A stretch of 45,496 nucleotides of DNA from an uncultured Gammaproteobacteria bacterium (GTDB taxonomy: Bacteria; Patescibacteriota; Patescibacteriia; Patescibacteriales; UBA12465): the NCBI GenBank assembly GCA_964522055.1, contig CAZFUP010000003.1, positions 1 to 45,496 on the forward strand. Reading direction: 5' to 3'. Positions 9,425 through 18,373 of this stretch are shown one piece after another. The stretch's first letter is position 1. Every line of letters begins with the position of its first letter. Both the position numbers and the translations under genes were made by a program. Below the pieces are notes generated by a model, which saw only the letters and a list, made by a program, of their open reading frames with translations, made no database searches and had not been told where the DNA came from.

Positions 9425-10282
9425 ATGAGTGTTTTAATATTAGGAGGAAGAGGAAATTTAGGAACTCAGTTAACAAAAGCTTTTGTTTCTGATTTTGAAA
9501 CCGTGTCTTTAGACAAGGATGATTTTGATATTTTAGATTTCAATTTGTTATCTGAAGCAATAAGTAATTTAAAGCCTGATTTAATAATCAATGCCGTTGC
9601 TTATAATGCAGTTGATAAATGTGAAAACAAAGAAGACTTTGCTTTAGCTTATAAACTTAATGTTGAGCTCCCTAGTTTTTTAGCAACTCTATCGCGACAG
9701 TTAAAAACAGTCTTTATCCACTTTTCAAGTGATTATGTTTTTAATGGAATAAATGAAAAAAGAGAATTTTCTGAAGATGAAACACCTAATCCAATTAACA
9801 AATATGGTGAGAGTAAATTTGCTGGTGAAAGGGAAGTGATAAAACAAGGAGAGTTTGGTCTTAACTATTATCTTATTAGAACTTCTAAGTTATTTGGTCC
9901 TAAGGGAGAGAGTGATTTATCAAAACCTAGCTTTTTTGACTTAATGCTAAAGGCGGCGAGTATTAAACCAGAGGTTTCTGTTGTTAATGAAGAATTAAGT
10001 TGCTTTACTTATACGCCCGATTTAGCAGCGGCTACTAAAAGATTGTGGGAAATTGAAGCTCCTTATGGCATATATCATCTGGTTAACGAAGGTCCGGCGA
10101 CTTGGTTTGATGGAGCTGAATTTCTTTTTTCTCTAAAAAAAATGCCAGTTGTTATTAAACCAATTAGAAGCGAGAACTTATTACGGGCAGCTCGTCGTCC
10201 TAAATTTTCCATTTTAAAAAATAATAAAATTAAAAAATTACGTCCTTTTTCAGAAGCTTTAAAGGAGTATTTAAGAAATTAA
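9425..10282 (+). CDS. rmlD: dTDP-4-dehydrorhamnose reductase family SDR
   Basis: GGRGNLG (GxxGxxG), NAVAYNAVDKCE, SSDYVFNG, YGESK (YxxxK), ARRP..S.L. Confidence 0.9.
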   Translation: MSVLILGGRGNLGTQLTKAFVSDFETVSLDKDDFDILDFNLLSEAISNLKPDLIINAVAYNAVDKCENKEDFALAYKLNVELPSFLATLSRQLKTVFIHFSSDYVFNGINEKREFSEDETPNPINKYGESKFAGEREVIKQGEFGLNYYLIRTSKLFGPKGESDLSKPSFFDLMLKAASIKPEVSVVNEELSCFTYTPDLAAATKRLWEIEAPYGIYHLVNEGPATWFDGAEFLFSLKKMPVVIKPIRSENLLRAARRPKFSILKNNKIKKLRPFSEALKEYLRN

Positions 10283-10285
10283 TTT

Positions 10286-11011
10286 ATGCGCGGAATTATC
10301 TTATCAGGCGGTTCAGGTACTCGTTTACGCCCTTTAACTAAAATTACTAGCAAGCAATTATTACCAGTTTATCATCGCCCAATGATTTATTATCCTTTAA
10401 ATACGCTTATAAAAGCGGGGATAAAAGAGATTTTAATAATTGTTTCCCCGGAGAGAGCGGGTGATTACTTGAATCTTTTAGGATCAGGAAAAGAATTCGG
10501 TGTACGTTTTACTTATGAAATTCAGGACAAGCCAGAAGGCTTGGCTCAGGCTTTTATTATTGGCGAAAAATTTATTGGTGATGATGACGTGATTATGATT
10601 TTAGGCGACAATATTTTTGAAGATGATTTTTCTGAAGAAATTAAAAATTTTACAAGTGGAGCAAAAATTTTTGCCAAAAAAGTTAGTGATCCAGAAAGAT
10701 TTGGCGTTGTTAGATTTGACGAAGAGATGAAGGCTGAGGAAATTGTTGAAAAACCCAAAGAATTTATTAGTAATTATGCGGTAACTGGTTTATATATATA
10801 TGATAGCAGGGTAGTTGAAGTCGCTAAACAAATAAAGGCTAGTGAGCGTGGTGAGTTGGAAATAACCGATGTTAATAATTGGTTTTTAACTAAAAATGAA
10901 TTAACCGTGGCCAAGGTAAAAGGAGAGTGGTTAGATGCTGGCACCTTTGATAGTTTGTTAAAAGCTCAGCTTTTTGCTAAAGAAAAATTAGCCGATAAGA
11001 TGATAATTTAA
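10286..11011 (+). CDS. rmlA: Glucose-1-phosphate thymidylyltransferase (short RmlA/SpsI type)
   Basis: GIILSGGSGTRLRPLT..SKQLLPVY, QDKPEGLAQAF, LGDN, EKP, SERGELEITD, WLDAGT. Confidence 0.92.
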   Translation: MRGIILSGGSGTRLRPLTKITSKQLLPVYHRPMIYYPLNTLIKAGIKEILIIVSPERAGDYLNLLGSGKEFGVRFTYEIQDKPEGLAQAFIIGEKFIGDDDVIMILGDNIFEDDFSEEIKNFTSGAKIFAKKVSDPERFGVVRFDEEMKAEEIVEKPKEFISNYAVTGLYIYDSRVVEVAKQIKASERGELEITDVNNWFLTKNELTVAKVKGEWLDAGTFDSLLKAQLFAKEKLADKMII

Positions 11012-11015
11012 TTTT

Positions 11016-11972
11016 ATGAAGCTTGTTATTGGTTTTATAACCTATAATGAATCTAGCGCTAAGTATTTAGCTGATTTTCTAGATAGTCTAAAAGAGGCGT
11101 TGTTTTTCTTATCAGAAGAAGATTTTCAGGTTTTAGTTTTTGATAATAGTGATCATAATAATCTTTTAAATAAGGAAAAGATTAATTCTTTTAATGAGCT
11201 TAACCCTGGTTTTTTAAGATATATAAGTACTGATAATAACTTAGGTTTTAGTCGAGCTTATAATATTTTAATTAGAGAAGCGTTAAACCTTCACGCTGAG
11301 TATTTTTTAATTATTAATCCAGATATTGTTTTAGAAAGAGATTGTATTAAAAATTTGTTTGAGGCTTTAAAGAGCCAACCTGATTTAGCAGCTGTTAGTC
11401 CGAAGTTGAGAAGATGGGATTTTGCTACTAATACTAAAACAAAAATTATAGATTCTTGTGGTTTAAAAGTTTTTTCTGGTTTGCGTTTTCGTGATTTAGG
11501 TCAAGGGATAAGGGATGAGAAGCAATTTGATAAAAATGATATTCTTGCTCCATCGGGAGCGGCTGGCCTTTTTCGTTTAAAGTGTTTAGAGGATATAAAA
11601 GATGAGAACGGTTATTTTGATGAACGTTTCTTTATGTATAAGGAAGATTGTGATTTAGCCTATCGTTTATTTATAAAAGGATACAGATCAACTTTGGTTC
11701 CTAATGCGATTTTATATCATGATAGAACGGCTGCTGCTAAAGCAAATGTTTTTTCTCGTTTATTTTCCCGTCGAAAGAAAAGTCGTCAGATAAGAACCTG
11801 GTCTTTTATTGGTCAACACTTATTATTTATTAAATATTGGCAAAAACAGACAATTTTTAGTAAATTTTTCATCATTTGTCAATTGTTAGCTATATTTTTT
11901 ATTGCCCTATTCTTTGAACAATTTTTGTTAAAAGAATATAGGAAAATAAAGGTATTGACTAATATAAAATAA
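11016..11972 (+). CDS. Glycosyltransferase family 2 (rhamnosyltransferase-like)
   Basis: DNS, NLGFSRAYN, INPD, SGAA, FDERFFMYKEDCDLAYR. Confidence 0.9.
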   Translation: MKLVIGFITYNESSAKYLADFLDSLKEALFFLSEEDFQVLVFDNSDHNNLLNKEKINSFNELNPGFLRYISTDNNLGFSRAYNILIREALNLHAEYFLIINPDIVLERDCIKNLFEALKSQPDLAAVSPKLRRWDFATNTKTKIIDSCGLKVFSGLRFRDLGQGIRDEKQFDKNDILAPSGAAGLFRLKCLEDIKDENGYFDERFFMYKEDCDLAYRLFIKGYRSTLVPNAILYHDRTAAAKANVFSRLFSRRKKSRQIRTWSFIGQHLLFIKYWQKQTIFSKFFIICQLLAIFFIALFFEQFLLKEYRKIKVLTNIK

Positions 11973-11983
11973 TGTGATAAGGT
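11955..11983 (+). promoter_or_regulatory. Promoter for the sigma-r4/HTH gene
   Basis: TTGACT (11955-11960), 17 bp, extended -10 TGa-TAAGGT (11975-11983). This implies the true start is ATG 12018, not GTG 11982. Confidence 0.55.
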
Positions 11984-12017
11984 GACCTTAATTACAAAAA
12001 GTGCTAATTATTTTTTT

Positions 12018-13055
12018 ATGGAAAATGTATTAGAAAGAATGATAAAAGAAGAAAAATCTGAGGAGCTTATAAGACTTGACGCTATTAACATTGTTAATTC
12101 ACTATTCTCAGAATTAATGGATCGCGAGCGGGATATTCTTTCCCGTCGTTTTGGCTTAAAAGGAGAGAAGGGTGAAACGCTAGAAAAAATTGGTGGTCTT
12201 CATAAGTTAACCAGAGAAAGAGTTCGTCAAATAGAATCATCTAGTATTAGAAAGATAAAGAAATTGGAAGCCTTAAATGAATCTATTGAGATTCTGAAAA
12301 AAACTGTTTATGACTTATTAGATGAACATGGTGGTTTATTACGTCGAGATTATCTTTTAGACATTTTGACGGTTATGGCTCTAGAAATAAAGAATGAGAA
12401 TGATATTGATAGCCCTAACTATGAACAAGAAAGAGCTATTTATAGAAATCATTTTAATTTTTTGATTTCCAATTTAATGAATGATGATTTAGAATTTGTA
12501 TCTAAAAATGATAATTTCAATCCTTCTTTAAAGGCAAAAGACAGAGAGGTTTCTTATTTTGAAGAATTAGCAGAAAATTTACTTTCTAACATTGAGCTTC
12601 TTAAAAAGACATATACTACTGAAGAATTAATAGAGTTGTTAAAACAATTAGATGCTTATAATAAACACCAAGAAAAGTTTAATCGTGAAAAATCAGCTGA
12701 TATTTTTCGTGTCTTCAAAAGCAAGGTTTTCCCTGATAAGGCTGAAATTATAAATAGTAATAAGGTTTTATATTCTTTTGTTCAAGCTATCAAGAATTTA
12801 GAGCAGAATAAGTACGGCGATTGGGGTTTAGCTAGTTCTCAAGAAATTAAACCAAAAACTATAAATGATAAGATTTATTTAGTTTTAAAGCATGAAGCAA
12901 AGCCTCTACATTTTACAGAAATTGCTCAGAGAATAAACGAAGTTAAATTTGATAAGAAAATAGCCAATCCAGCTACCGTTCACAATGAATTAATCTTAGA
13001 CAATCGTTATGTTTTAGTAAATCGTGGTACTTATGGACTTAAAGAATGGGCTTAA
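12018..13055 (+). CDS. Sigma70 region 4 domain plus C-terminal HARE-HTH (RNAP delta-like) protein
   Basis: N-terminal LMDRERDILSRRFGL...TLEKIG....LTRERVRQIE; C-terminal IYLVLKHEAKPLHFTEIA...VHNEL...YVLVNRGTYGLKEW. No sigma region 2. Confidence 0.8.
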   Translation: MENVLERMIKEEKSEELIRLDAINIVNSLFSELMDRERDILSRRFGLKGEKGETLEKIGGLHKLTRERVRQIESSSIRKIKKLEALNESIEILKKTVYDLLDEHGGLLRRDYLLDILTVMALEIKNENDIDSPNYEQERAIYRNHFNFLISNLMNDDLEFVSKNDNFNPSLKAKDREVSYFEELAENLLSNIELLKKTYTTEELIELLKQLDAYNKHQEKFNREKSADIFRVFKSKVFPDKAEIINSNKVLYSFVQAIKNLEQNKYGDWGLASSQEIKPKTINDKIYLVLKHEAKPLHFTEIAQRINEVKFDKKIANPATVHNELILDNRYVLVNRGTYGLKEWA

Positions 13056-13093
13056 AAAAGAGATATAATTTCATTTTTTAGTTAAAAGAAAAT

Positions 13094-13124
13094 AAAAACC
13101 TCCGCTAGCAAGCGGGGGTTTTTT
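13094..13124 (+). terminator. Intrinsic terminator
   Basis: AAAAACCTCCGCT-agca-AGCGGGGGTTTTTT. Confidence 0.85.
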
Positions 13125-13181
13125 GTTTTTTACAAAAATATGCTAAAATATAATCATTAGAGTACGAAAAAAAGAGTAAAT

Positions 13182-14621
13182 ATGACGATTGATTTGAGCC
13201 GTTTACAAGCTTTTATCAACCTACCCGCTGATGAGATTTTTTGGGTTTTTATGGCAAATTTTGGGTGGGTTATTTTAGGTATAGTTTTTTTAATAGGCGC
13301 TCGTGACGTTTGGCTTTTTTATATCCAAGGAAAGTGGAGTGAAGGCCATAAATTTATTCTTTTGGCGGTTGATATTCCTAAGGGAAACGAGCAAACATTA
13401 AAAGCAGTAGAAAACATGTTTTCTTATTTAGGCGGAGCACATGGTTCACAGAATTTTTACGAAAAATGGTTTGAAGGACAGTATCAAAAGTCTTTTAGTT
13501 ATGAAATAGTAAGTTTAGAGGGCTATACACAGTTTTTAATAAGAACCCCAATAGAATTCAGAAATTTAATAGAGTCTTCAGTGTATTCTCAATATCCAGA
13601 TGCTGAAATATCAGAAGTTGATGATTATACAGAAACTGTTCCTAAAAAATGGCCAGATGAAGAATGGGATATTTTTGGAGCTGAATTTATATTACAAAAC
13701 AATTGGTATTTGCCTATAAAAACTTATCCAGAATTTGAACATCAAACTGGACCGCTAGAAACACAGTTTAAAGATCCAATGGCATCACTAATGGATTTAT
13801 GTGGTTCCTTGCGTCAAGGAGAACAGTTTTGGTTTCAAATGATAGTTATTCCAACTGGTTTTGATTGGGTAAAAGAAGCGCAGCAGGCAGCAGATAAAAT
13901 TTTAGGGAGGAAAAAGAAATATAAACCAGGTTTGTTTATTAGATTTTTGGAGTTTATTGGTAATGTTAGTGAGATATTTTATTCAATTTGGGGAGATATT
14001 GAAAGCAAAAAGAAAGAAGAGAAAAGCAAAACCATGATGGATTTAAGTCCTTTAGAACAAAAACAAATAGAGTCTATTTACAAAAAAGCTGCCAAAATGG
14101 GCTTTATGACAAAAATTAGGATGGTTTATGTAGCTAAAAAAGATGTAATGAATAAGGCTAAAGTTTCTAATGGATTTGTTGGTTATATTAAGCAATTTAT
14201 TGCTCTTGATTTAAATAGTTTTAAGCCAGATTTAAAGAAGACAATGACTAAGACTGTTTATTTTAACAGGGCCCCTAGATTAGCAACAAAGAAAAGAAAG
14301 ATTTTTAATAACTATGTTAATCGTTCTTCTTATGGTAGAGAACCTTTTCTTTTAAATATTGAAGAGCTGGCTACTTTATGGCATTTTCCAATTGAAGCTA
14401 ATGTTAAGTCACTTTTAGTTCAAAAAGCTCCTGGAAGAAAAGCCGACGCTCCGTCTTCTTTGCCGCTAGCTGAAGATATACCGCTTTCTTCATCTGTTGA
14501 TATTTTTAGTAATTTTTCATCAGAGAATAAAAAAGAAACAAATGATGAAAATTTAAGAACGTCAAATGGCGTAGTAGATTCTTCACGATCCACTCCGCCG
14601 CCTAATTTGCCAATTGTTTAA
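13182..14621 (+). CDS. Conserved CPR membrane-anchored hypothetical protein, resembling the N-terminal region of CPR VirD4/TraG-like ATPases but without the ATPase domain
   Basis: N-terminal TM, then AVENMF, SYEIVS, SSVYSQYPDAEISEVDDY, LPIKTY, DPMASL, LNIEELATLWHFP, ending PPPNLP. No Walker A motif seen. Confidence 0.6.
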   Translation: MTIDLSRLQAFINLPADEIFWVFMANFGWVILGIVFLIGARDVWLFYIQGKWSEGHKFILLAVDIPKGNEQTLKAVENMFSYLGGAHGSQNFYEKWFEGQYQKSFSYEIVSLEGYTQFLIRTPIEFRNLIESSVYSQYPDAEISEVDDYTETVPKKWPDEEWDIFGAEFILQNNWYLPIKTYPEFEHQTGPLETQFKDPMASLMDLCGSLRQGEQFWFQMIVIPTGFDWVKEAQQAADKILGRKKKYKPGLFIRFLEFIGNVSEIFYSIWGDIESKKKEEKSKTMMDLSPLEQKQIESIYKKAAKMGFMTKIRMVYVAKKDVMNKAKVSNGFVGYIKQFIALDLNSFKPDLKKTMTKTVYFNRAPRLATKKRKIFNNYVNRSSYGREPFLLNIEELATLWHFPIEANVKSLLVQKAPGRKADAPSSLPLAEDIPLSSSVDIFSNFSSENKKETNDENLRTSNGVVDSSRSTPPPNLPIV

Positions 14622-14631
14622 AATTAATAAA

Positions 14632-15810
14632 ATGCGCATTGGAATAGACGCCCGTTTTTATGGGCCAATCGGCAAGGGCTTAGGGAGATACACCCAAGAA
14701 ATTGTTGATAATATTATAAAGATGGTTGATTTAAGCCAGATTTCCGTGGTTGTTTTTTTGAGTCCAGAAAATTTTAATGAATTTAGTATTTCTCATAAAA
14801 ATATAAAAAAAATAAAGATAAGAATGCATTGGTATTCTTGGCAAGAACAGATTTTCTTCCCTTGGTTTATCTGGCGAGAAAAATTAGACCTAATTCATTA
14901 TCCTCATTTTAATGTTCCTGTTTTTACCCCTTGTCGTTTTGTAGTAACTATTCATGATTTAATATTAACTCATTTTCCAACCACTAGAGCAACTACTCAT
15001 TCTCCATTGGTATATTATTTTAAAAATTTAGCCTATCGTTTTGTTATTAAGCAAGCGATTAAGAGATCACAAAAAGTTATCACAGTTTCAAATTTTACAA
15101 AAAATGATATTTTAGAGCAATTTAAGATTCCTGAAGAAAAAATTGTTGTTACTTATGAAGGCGTTGCTAATTTGCATAAGGGGAATGACGATTTATTTAG
15201 CGTAAAATTAAATTATCAAGAAAATAATTTAATTGAAAATGTTTTGAAAAATGATTTTCTTTTATATGTTGGCAATGCTTATCCTCATAAAAATTTAGAA
15301 TTTTTATTACGAGTTTTTAAAAATATAAGAGAGATAAAACCAAATTTACGTTTAGTTTTAATTGGTAAAGAAGATTATTTTTATAATAAATTGCGTAATT
15401 TTGCTCTTTCTATAAATTTACTTAAATCTAACTCTGAAGATAGTCCGGTTGTTTTTGCTGGTTATGTTCCTGATAGGCAGCTGCTTGTTTTTTATCAAAA
15501 AGCGAGCGCTTATATTTTTCCGTCTTTATATGAAGGCTTTGGTTTACCCCCTCTTGAAGCAATGGCGCAGTCTTGTCCGGTTATAAGCGCTAGCGCATCT
15601 TCTTTGCCAGAAATACTAGGTCAAGCTGCTTTATACTTTAACCCCAAAGAAGAGGAAGAGTTAAAAAAACGTGTTTTAGAATTATTAGATAATGAGTCAC
15701 TCCGCAGCGAACTAATAAATAAAGGCAAGGAACAGATAAAAAAATATAGCTGGGAAGAATGTGCTCGCCAGACTTTTTCTGTTTACGAGCAAGCTTTAAT
15801 AAAAAAATGA
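14632..15810 (+). CDS. Glycosyltransferase family 4
   Basis: MRIGIDAR start, TIHDL, HKN, FPSLYEGFGLPPLEAM (EX7E), SLPEI. Confidence 0.93.
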   Translation: MRIGIDARFYGPIGKGLGRYTQEIVDNIIKMVDLSQISVVVFLSPENFNEFSISHKNIKKIKIRMHWYSWQEQIFFPWFIWREKLDLIHYPHFNVPVFTPCRFVVTIHDLILTHFPTTRATTHSPLVYYFKNLAYRFVIKQAIKRSQKVITVSNFTKNDILEQFKIPEEKIVVTYEGVANLHKGNDDLFSVKLNYQENNLIENVLKNDFLLYVGNAYPHKNLEFLLRVFKNIREIKPNLRLVLIGKEDYFYNKLRNFALSINLLKSNSEDSPVVFAGYVPDRQLLVFYQKASAYIFPSLYEGFGLPPLEAMAQSCPVISASASSLPEILGQAALYFNPKEEEELKKRVLELLDNESLRSELINKGKEQIKKYSWEECARQTFSVYEQALIKK

Positions 15811-18362
15811 AAAGCAAACGTCTAACAAAGAAAGAATGCTCTCAGAAAGCTAAAGAAAGCTATTCGCCTTTTGTAGTTGATTTAAGAACTCCTGTTGCAA
15901 ATAATTTTCAAGTTTCTAAAGTAAAGAAAGAAAAAATAAAATCATTTAAAAAAAATGGATTATTTTTTAAGAATTCTCATCAATCATCTGATAAAAAAAT
16001 TAGGCCAAATTTAATGCGGCCCAATCTTTTTTCTTCAGATCTTTTTAAGATAGGTGGTATTAGTCTTTCTGTTCTAACTGTTTTAATTTCTGTTAATAGG
16101 ATTTTTAAAAAGAAAAATAATTTTTGGTTTAAAAATTATCAGTCGTCATTAAATAATTTTCAGAAAATTTTGGATAATAATTTAATAAGTTTGAAAAAAA
16201 AGAAACGGCAGTCTTTTTCTGTAAGAAATTTTTTTAAAAAAGAAAAAATTGACGCTGAAACAAAATTATCTTGGTATCGTTCTGTTTTTTCTTTTGCTTT
16301 TATTCTTATTCTTTTGATAATTCCTTTTAAAATATTTTCTTATTTTAACTTGCTTAATTTTAGTAGCCTAGAAGAAAGAATTGGTAATTATTCAAAAGAT
16401 GCCTTTAATAATTTATTAGCTGCTGGAAGCGCAATAGAAGACTTAAATTTACAAAAAGCTGATCAGGCTTTTGAAGAGGCAACGAATAATTTCTTAAGTG
16501 CCCAAAAAGACCTATCTTTTATTAGTGATTCCGTTTTGTACTTAGCTTCTTTGGCAGATAATCCAAAATTAAAGTTAGCAGCTGAAAGCAAGAATTTTCT
16601 TAAAGTTGGAGAACTAGCTGCTTCTTTTGGTCGCCAATTAGTTTTAGCGACAGATAGTTTGCTTGATAGTGAAAATAAAGACTTTGCCAATAGATTACAA
16701 AAATTTATTGAATATGGTAATTTAGCTTCCGAAGAAGCTAAAAAATTAAATATAGAATTAGAAAAAATAAATAACAATAACTTGCCGGTAGAATACCGCC
16801 AACAATTTGAACAGATCACCAAACAATCTGAAGTTATTGCTAATAACTTGGAAAGTTTTTTATCCTCTGCTGTACATTTAGAGAAGATATTAGGAGTTAG
16901 CCAGGATAGGCGCTATTTGTTAATTTTTCAAAATAATTCTGAACTGCGAGCAACTGGAGGATTTTTGGGAAGTTATGCTATTTTAGATATAAGAGAAGGT
17001 GAGATAAGAAATTTAGAAATTCCTGGCGGAGGTTCTTATGATACCGAAGGAGCGATGAGTATTAGATTGGTAGCGCCAAAGCCATTATGGCTAGTTAATC
17101 CTCTTTGGCATTTCTGGGATGCTAATTGGTGGCCTGATTGGCCGACAAGTGCTAATCATTTGATGTGGTTTTATGAAAAAAGCGGTGGTTCTACCGTTGA
17201 TGGCGTTATTAGTCTGACCCCCGATGTAATTGAAGATTTATTACGAATAACTGGCCCCATTAATTTAGAAGAATATGGCCTTACTATAAATGCTGATAAT
17301 TTTTGGGAAAGTGTTCAGACGGTTGTAGAATATAAAAATCTACCTGAAAATTATCAAGTAGATTTAGATTTAACACAATCTTCAACGTCAATAGAATCAA
17401 CTCTTCCTTTAAAACAGGGGCTAGAAACTAATACAGAGAATAAGCCAAAGAAAATAATCGGTGATTTAACAGTTAAGCTTTTAGAAATTTTACCTGAAAA
17501 ATTAAATAAAGATAATTTGTTGAAAATTGTTGGATTATTTGAAAAAAATATTGCTGCTAAAAATATCCTTTTATATTTTAGTGATGAGGAATTACAAGAA
17601 GAAGTGGTTAAGCGTAATTTTAGTGGGGAAATAAAAAACGCTCCCTTTGATTATCTTTTAGTAGTTAATACTAACATTGCTGGCCAGAAATCTGACAGAA
17701 AAATAGAAGAGAAGATAAGGCATGAAAGTGTGGTTGATTTAGACGGCTCTATTATAAATACACTTACCATTACCAGAACCCATACTGGTTTAAAAAATGA
17801 AATTTTTACTGGAGTGCGTAACGTGAATTGGTTAAGAGTTTATGTTCCTTTGGGAAGTGAATTTATTTCTGCTTCTGGTTTTAACAGTCCAGACATAGAA
17901 TATTTACAAGAGCGACCAGAGCCATCTTGGCAAGAACATGAATTATTACAAAAAGAAAATAACGCTGTCTTTGACTTTGAAAGTCAAACCTCCATTTATG
18001 AGGAGAGTGACAAAACAGTTTTTGCTAATTGGCTAATGGTTGATCCGGGAGAAAGTCGAACTATTGTTTTGAAATACAAATTGCCTTTCAATTTTTATAA
18101 CGAAAAAGAAACTTTAAATTTGTGGGACAAGTTAAATAATATATTTAATCCAGAAAGTGGTAAGTTGCAGTCTTATAGTCTTTTAGCGCAAAAGCAACCA
18201 GGAGCTAAAGCAAGCGATTTTAGCAGTCATTTAATTTTTGAAGATGATAATAAAATCATTTGGTCTTATCCGGAAAGCATTATTACTTTAAATGGTTGGG
18301 ATATAAAAGACTCTTTGATGACTGATAAATACTGGTCAATTTTAATGGAAAAAAATAATTAA
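15807..18362 (+). CDS. DUF4012 domain membrane protein
   Basis: ATGA overlap with the GT4 stop. TM segment, coiled coil, then YLLIFQNNSELRATGGFLGSY, DANWWPDWPTSA, VDGVI, KSD, NWLRVYVPLGS, QKQPG. Confidence 0.8.
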   Translation: MKSKRLTKKECSQKAKESYSPFVVDLRTPVANNFQVSKVKKEKIKSFKKNGLFFKNSHQSSDKKIRPNLMRPNLFSSDLFKIGGISLSVLTVLISVNRIFKKKNNFWFKNYQSSLNNFQKILDNNLISLKKKKRQSFSVRNFFKKEKIDAETKLSWYRSVFSFAFILILLIIPFKIFSYFNLLNFSSLEERIGNYSKDAFNNLLAAGSAIEDLNLQKADQAFEEATNNFLSAQKDLSFISDSVLYLASLADNPKLKLAAESKNFLKVGELAASFGRQLVLATDSLLDSENKDFANRLQKFIEYGNLASEEAKKLNIELEKINNNNLPVEYRQQFEQITKQSEVIANNLESFLSSAVHLEKILGVSQDRRYLLIFQNNSELRATGGFLGSYAILDIREGEIRNLEIPGGGSYDTEGAMSIRLVAPKPLWLVNPLWHFWDANWWPDWPTSANHLMWFYEKSGGSTVDGVISLTPDVIEDLLRITGPINLEEYGLTINADNFWESVQTVVEYKNLPENYQVDLDLTQSSTSIESTLPLKQGLETNTENKPKKIIGDLTVKLLEILPEKLNKDNLLKIVGLFEKNIAAKNILLYFSDEELQEEVVKRNFSGEIKNAPFDYLLVVNTNIAGQKSDRKIEEKIRHESVVDLDGSIINTLTITRTHTGLKNEIFTGVRNVNWLRVYVPLGSEFISASGFNSPDIEYLQERPEPSWQEHELLQKENNAVFDFESQTSIYEESDKTVFANWLMVDPGESRTIVLKYKLPFNFYNEKETLNLWDKLNNIFNPESGKLQSYSLLAQKQPGAKASDFSSHLIFEDDNKIIWSYPESIITLNGWDIKDSLMTDKYWSILMEKNN

Positions 18363-18373
18363 TATAAACACAT

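Noticed and set aside
12018-13055. Primary or alternative sigma factor
   Set aside because: No region 2 (core binding and -10 melting), and region 4 is N-terminal instead of C-terminal.
15759-15806. Longer N-termini given in the ORF track (also 11982, 14614, 27602, 29570)
   Set aside because: Downstream ATGs (15807, 12018, 14632, 27611, 29576) fit family N-termini, promoter positions or stop-start coupling better.
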